Origin: Syntrophales bacterium
Lineage (GTDB): Bacteria > Desulfobacterota > Syntrophia > Syntrophales > PHBD01
DNA length: 64,000 nt
Reading direction: 5' to 3'
Assembly (NCBI GenBank): GCA_963668175.1
Contig: OY764159.1
Span: forward strand, 1,280,001-1,344,000
Shown here: in pieces, positions 60,293 to 64,000 of the stretch
Layout of the letters: each line of letters begins with the position of its first letter
Position numbering within the stretch: position 1 is the stretch's first letter
Notes under the pieces: model-generated
Seen by the model: only the letters and a program-made list of their open reading frames with translations
Told to the model about the DNA's origin: nothing
The model's database searches: none
Translations under genes and position numbers: made by a program

Positions 60293-61285
60293 ATGGGAAC
60301 GCATGTGAATAACGCACTGCTGAAAACAGAGGGTTTGAAAAAGTACTTCACCGTGACGGAGGGCTTCCTTTCGGGACGCCGCAGCCTGGTCAGGGCCGTG
60401 GACGGTGTCGACCTGGAAATCATGCCGGGTGAGACATTGGGACTCGTGGGCGAGAGCGGATGCGGCAAATCGACGCTGGGCCGTCTGATCCTGAGGCTGG
60501 AGGAGTCCACGGAAGGCCGGGTCTGGTTCGGCGGGGAAGACGTCCTGGCCTATGAAGGCAAGAATCTCAAGGAATACCGGAAGAAGGTGCAGATCATTTT
60601 CCAGGACCCTTATTCGTCCCTCAATCCGAGGATGTCCGTAGGCAACATCATCGGCGAGCCGCTTCTGATCCACGGTGATTCCGACGGCAAGCCGCGCGAC
60701 GCTCGCGTGACGGAGCTGATGGAGATCGTGGGCTTAAGCAGGGAACAGATGGGGCGGTATCCCCATGAATTCAGCGGCGGGCAGAGGCAGCGTATCGGCA
60801 TTGCCCGGGCCATCGCCCTGAAGCCGCAGTTGATCATCGCCGACGAACCGGTGTCGGCCCTGGATGTCTCCATCCAGGCCCAGATCCTCAATCTCCTGAA
60901 AGATCTCCAGCGGGATTTCGGCTTGACGTACCTTTTCATTACCCACGATCTGGCCGTCGTCCGCCACGTCAGCGACCGGATCGCCGTCATGTACCTCGGC
61001 AAGATCGTCGAGATCGCCGACAGCGCCGATCTGTACGATGCTCCCCTGCATCCCTATACCCAGGCCCTGTTGTCCGCCGTCCCTACGGCCGATCCGGACC
61101 GGAAAAAGGCGAGAATCCTGCTCGCCGGCGATATGCCGAGTCCCTATGCCGTTCCGCCGGGCTGTGCCTTTCATTCCCGTTGTCCATACCGCATGGATGT
61201 TTGCGAGAAGGTCATCCCGGTTCTGCTAACGTGCAAACCCCGCCATGACGCGGCCTGTCATCTCTTAAGTCAGAGGGCGTCCTGA
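60293..61285 (+). CDS. Oligopeptide/dipeptide ABC ATPase (OppF/DppF-like)
   Basis: [27 protein letters not shown] and HPYT motifs. Confidence 0.92.
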   Translation: MGTHVNNALLKTEGLKKYFTVTEGFLSGRRSLVRAVDGVDLEIMPGETLGLVGESGCGKSTLGRLILRLEESTEGRVWFGGEDVLAYEGKNLKEYRKKVQIIFQDPYSSLNPRMSVGNIIGEPLLIHGDSDGKPRDARVTELMEIVGLSREQMGRYPHEFSGGQRQRIGIARAIALKPQLIIADEPVSALDVSIQAQILNLLKDLQRDFGLTYLFITHDLAVVRHVSDRIAVMYLGKIVEIADSADLYDAPLHPYTQALLSAVPTADPDRKKARILLAGDMPSPYAVPPGCAFHSRCPYRMDVCEKVIPVLLTCKPRHDAACHLLSQRAS

Positions 61286-61607
61286 AAAGATGATTATTCA
61301 GAAGAGGTTGGGGCTACGCCCGTTCCGCTGGCAATATATGAAATCAATAGCAGGAAAAAAACAAAAAATACTTGCAATTGGAAAAAAGTAGTGATATGCG
61401 ATCTTATCCCGCCGGGATAGCGTTGCCGGCCGTTGCTGGTGCGTAGAATGCGAAGGGCGGCGGGAGGGGATCAGTTGGTAATCGTTATTCTGCTGTATGA
61501 CAAGTAGCCACTTGCGATCCAAGACGGGTATCTTGGGTCGAGGTGGTTTTTTTGTTTTTGCGGAAGACGGGCCAACGGTGAATTTTTTTCGAAAGGAGGG
61601 TACGATT

Positions 61608-61808
61608 TTGGCTGAAGGTAAAGTAAAATGGTTCAATGAAAAGAAGGGGTTTGGTTTTATCGAAAACGATGATGGTGGTGATGTGTTCGTTCATTTCAGT
61701 GCGATTCAGGGAACGGGATTCAGGACATTACATGAGGGGCAGAGGATTCGCTTTGATGTCGAGCAAGGCAAAAAAGGTCCCGCGGCAGTGAATGTGCAGC
61801 CATTATAA
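61608..61808 (+). CDS. Cold-shock protein (CspA family)
   Basis: [15 protein letters not shown] and [12 protein letters not shown] start after AAGGAGG. Confidence 0.97.
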   Translation: MAEGKVKWFNEKKGFGFIENDDGGDVFVHFSAIQGTGFRTLHEGQRIRFDVEQGKKGPAAVNVQPL

Positions 61809-61834
61809 TCAAACCAATTAACAATGTATAACGC

Positions 61835-61874
61835 GCCCCCGGCAAGAGGCCCAGTCTTTGCCGGGGGTTTTTTT
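61835..61874 (+). terminator. Intrinsic terminator of the csp gene
   Basis: GCCCCCGGCAA / TTGCCGGGGGT followed by a T run. Confidence 0.85.
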
Positions 61875-62050
61875 CGTGTCGTTCCCTCACTTTCCGGAGC
61901 TGTCATCTTCTTTTCAGCCATGAAAATATAACGGAAAGACCTCTCCCATAGAAACCGGCTTGGCCGTTCGCGCGCAGCTAAACCTGAAAACAGACACAAG
62001 CCGATGGACGTACATCGGCCGGGGAGGGGGGATTCTTATCGGCCGCGGCC

Positions 62051-62079
62051 TTGCCAAGCGAGGGCAAAGTTGCTAACAT
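62051..62079 (+). promoter_or_regulatory. Sigma-70 promoter of miaA
   Basis: TTGCCA-N17-TAACAT with extended TG. Confidence 0.6.
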
Positions 62080-62133
62080 GCCCGGCCGAAATACAGCATA
62101 TTATATCATGTTTCCTGTTTTGGAAGGGATTTG

Positions 62134-63051
62134 ATGGGCCATAATCTTGTCGTGATACTGGGGCCGACGGCCTCCGGAAAGACGGGGCTCGCCGTCCGTC
62201 TGGCCCGCGCCATGGGTTCGGAGGTGATCTCTGCCGATTCCCGCCAGGTCTACCGCGGCATGGATATCGGGACGGGAAAAGACCTGGACGAATACCGCCG
62301 GGGAGGCTCCCCCGTTCCCTATCATTTGATCGATATCGTCGATCCGCGGGAGGAATTCAATGTCTTCGAGTTTCAGCGGCGCTTTTACGGCTGCTTCTCC
62401 CGCCTGAGAGCACGGGGCATCGTTCCGGTCCTGGTCGGCGGTACGGGGCTCTATATCGAATCGGTGCTCAAGGAATACGAGATGCTTGAGGTTCCCGAAA
62501 ACGCGGCCCTGCGGGGGGAATTGGCGGACCAGGATGAGGATGCCCTGACGAAGCGTCTCATGACGGCCGGTCCCCGCCTCCATAATACGACGGACCTCTC
62601 GGACCGCAGACGCCTGATCCGGGCCATCGAGATTGCCGAATTTACGAAGGAGAACCGGGGCCGGAACGAAAGTCACGTCCGGCCGGATATCGCGCCGCTG
62701 GTTATCGGCGTCCGCTTCGAACGGGCGGAACTGCGACGGCGGATCACCCGCCGCCTGGAGGAGAGAATCGCTGCAGGACTGATCGAGGAGGTTGCAGGGC
62801 TCCATGCGGGGGGGATAAGCTGGGAGAGGATGGACGCCTTCGGCCTGGAATATCGTTATGTCGGCCTCCATCTCCGGGGGCTGCTCGATAAAAAGCAGAT
62901 GTTCGCGGAACTCAACACACGCATCCACCAGTTCGCCAAGCGTCAGGAGACATGGTTCCGGAAAATGGAGAGACAGGGCATTCCCATCCATTGGATTTCC
63001 GGTGGCGACTACGACGCTCTGCAACGACTGGCCGCGGAGCTTATATCATGA
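62134..63051 (+). CDS. miaA: tRNA dimethylallyltransferase
   Basis: GPTASGKT, SADSRQVYRGMDIGTGK, VGGTGLY and FAKRQETW motifs. Confidence 0.96.
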   Translation: MGHNLVVILGPTASGKTGLAVRLARAMGSEVISADSRQVYRGMDIGTGKDLDEYRRGGSPVPYHLIDIVDPREEFNVFEFQRRFYGCFSRLRARGIVPVLVGGTGLYIESVLKEYEMLEVPENAALRGELADQDEDALTKRLMTAGPRLHNTTDLSDRRRLIRAIEIAEFTKENRGRNESHVRPDIAPLVIGVRFERAELRRRITRRLEERIAAGLIEEVAGLHAGGISWERMDAFGLEYRYVGLHLRGLLDKKQMFAELNTRIHQFAKRQETWFRKMERQGIPIHWISGGDYDALQRLAAELIS

Positions 63052-64000
63052 CAGGTTCGGGAAAGAACGTCGCCGGATATCTCGCCCGCCATGCCGAACC
63101 CGATAATCGACCGTTTCATGCCGGGTCCCTGGAAGGCATAGAGCGTGCGGTCGTCATTCCGGCCCTCGCCGAGTTCGACTCGCTTTTTGACACGCTGGCC
63201 TCTCTCGCGCTAAATCCGTCGGAGGATCTTTCCCGGACGCTCGTTATCTGCGTCGTCAACAACAGGAGGCGGGAGGTGTGCGATCCCGCCGATTATCGGA
63301 ACAACCAGGCCACCCTGGCCCTGCTTTCCGCCCTGATTCGCGGAGAAGATGTGAGAAGTGCTGCGGACCCGACGGCGGATCTTCGCCTCATCCGGGAGAG
63401 CGGTCTGCGTCTGGCCTGTGTCGATGCGTCGTCGGAAGGGTGTGAGCTGCCCGACAAGGATGCCGGAGTAGGACTGGCCAGGAAAATCGGTATGGACAAG
63501 GCTTTGCGGCTCTTCGGCCCTGATGGCTGGGCGAAACTGGTCTGTTGCCTGGATGCCGATACAAAGGTGGCGGCCGATTATCTGCCTCAAGTCACAAGGG
63601 GCTTTGCTCGGGCGAACAGGCCGGCGGCCGCCGCCGTAGCCTATGCCCACGAAAGGCCCGCCGATCCTGAGTTTGCAGCGGCCATCCTGAATTATGAGAT
63701 ATATCTCCGTTATTACGTTTGCGGCCTTCAGTACGCAGGCTCGCCCTATGCCTTTCACTCGATCGGCTCGGCGATGGCCGTAACGGCCGGTGCTTACGCC
63801 TCCGTCAGGGGGATCAACAGACTGGAAGCCGCTGAGGATTTCTACTTTTTAAACAAGCTGGCCAAGGTCGGCCCCGTTGCGAGGATCGATACGACGCGAG
63901 TCTATCCCGCCGCCAGAGTGTCCGCGCGGGTCCCTTTCGGGACGGGGCGGCGCATGATCCGATCCCTCGCGGGCGACCATGACGGAAGCCGGCTTTATCA
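63048..64000 (+). CDS. GT2-like glycosyltransferase, partial (runs off the window)
   Basis: Manual translation from ATG 63048: VVIPALAE, GVGLARKIGMD, LDAD, EDFYFLNKLAK, SARVPFGTG; absent from the ORF track because it has no stop in the window. Confidence 0.75.
   Translation, partial: MTGSGKNVAGYLARHAEPDNRPFHAGSLEGIERAVVIPALAEFDSLFDTLASLALNPSEDLSRTLVICVVNNRRREVCDPADYRNNQATLALLSALIRGEDVRSAADPTADLRLIRESGLRLACVDASSEGCELPDKDAGVGLARKIGMDKALRLFGPDGWAKLVCCLDADTKVAADYLPQVTRGFARANRPAAAAVAYAHERPADPEFAAAILNYEIYLRYYVCGLQYAGSPYAFHSIGSAMAVTAGAYASVRGINRLEAAEDFYFLNKLAKVGPVARIDTTRVYPAARVSARVPFGTGRRMIRSLAGDHDGSRLY

Overview
GC-rich, gene-dense bacterial chromosome segment. Gene content suggests an anaerobic deltaproteobacterium, possibly Syntrophales-like; this is an inference. 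It carries mostly housekeeping genes: rsmA, tsaD, nadB, purB, paaK-like ligase, bamD, lemA cluster, mscL, pcm with a LysM-M23 gene, pxpABC with a Liv-type ABC importer, panCD, MrfA/MrfB-type helicase and exonuclease, pepA, oppDF-like ATPases, a cold-shock protein and miaA. I found no tRNA, rRNA, CRISPR array, prophage or transposase. The most unusual features are: (1) a circularly permuted cofactor-independent phosphoglycerate mutase; (2) a stand-alone Cys-rich sigma-70 region-4 protein whose promoter overlaps a perfect inverted pair of TTGACA -35 hexamers; (3) a ~145-nt rod-shaped 6S-like RNA candidate with a short apical arm, inside a sigma-28-type cluster of small motility-like genes; (4) a ~180-nt multi-stem riboswitch-like leader; (5) a sigma-54-type promoter upstream of a J-domain protein with MshEN-like repeats; (6) a YihY-cNMP fusion; and (7) a MITE-like element. 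All homology calls come from motif recognition by eye, with no database searches.
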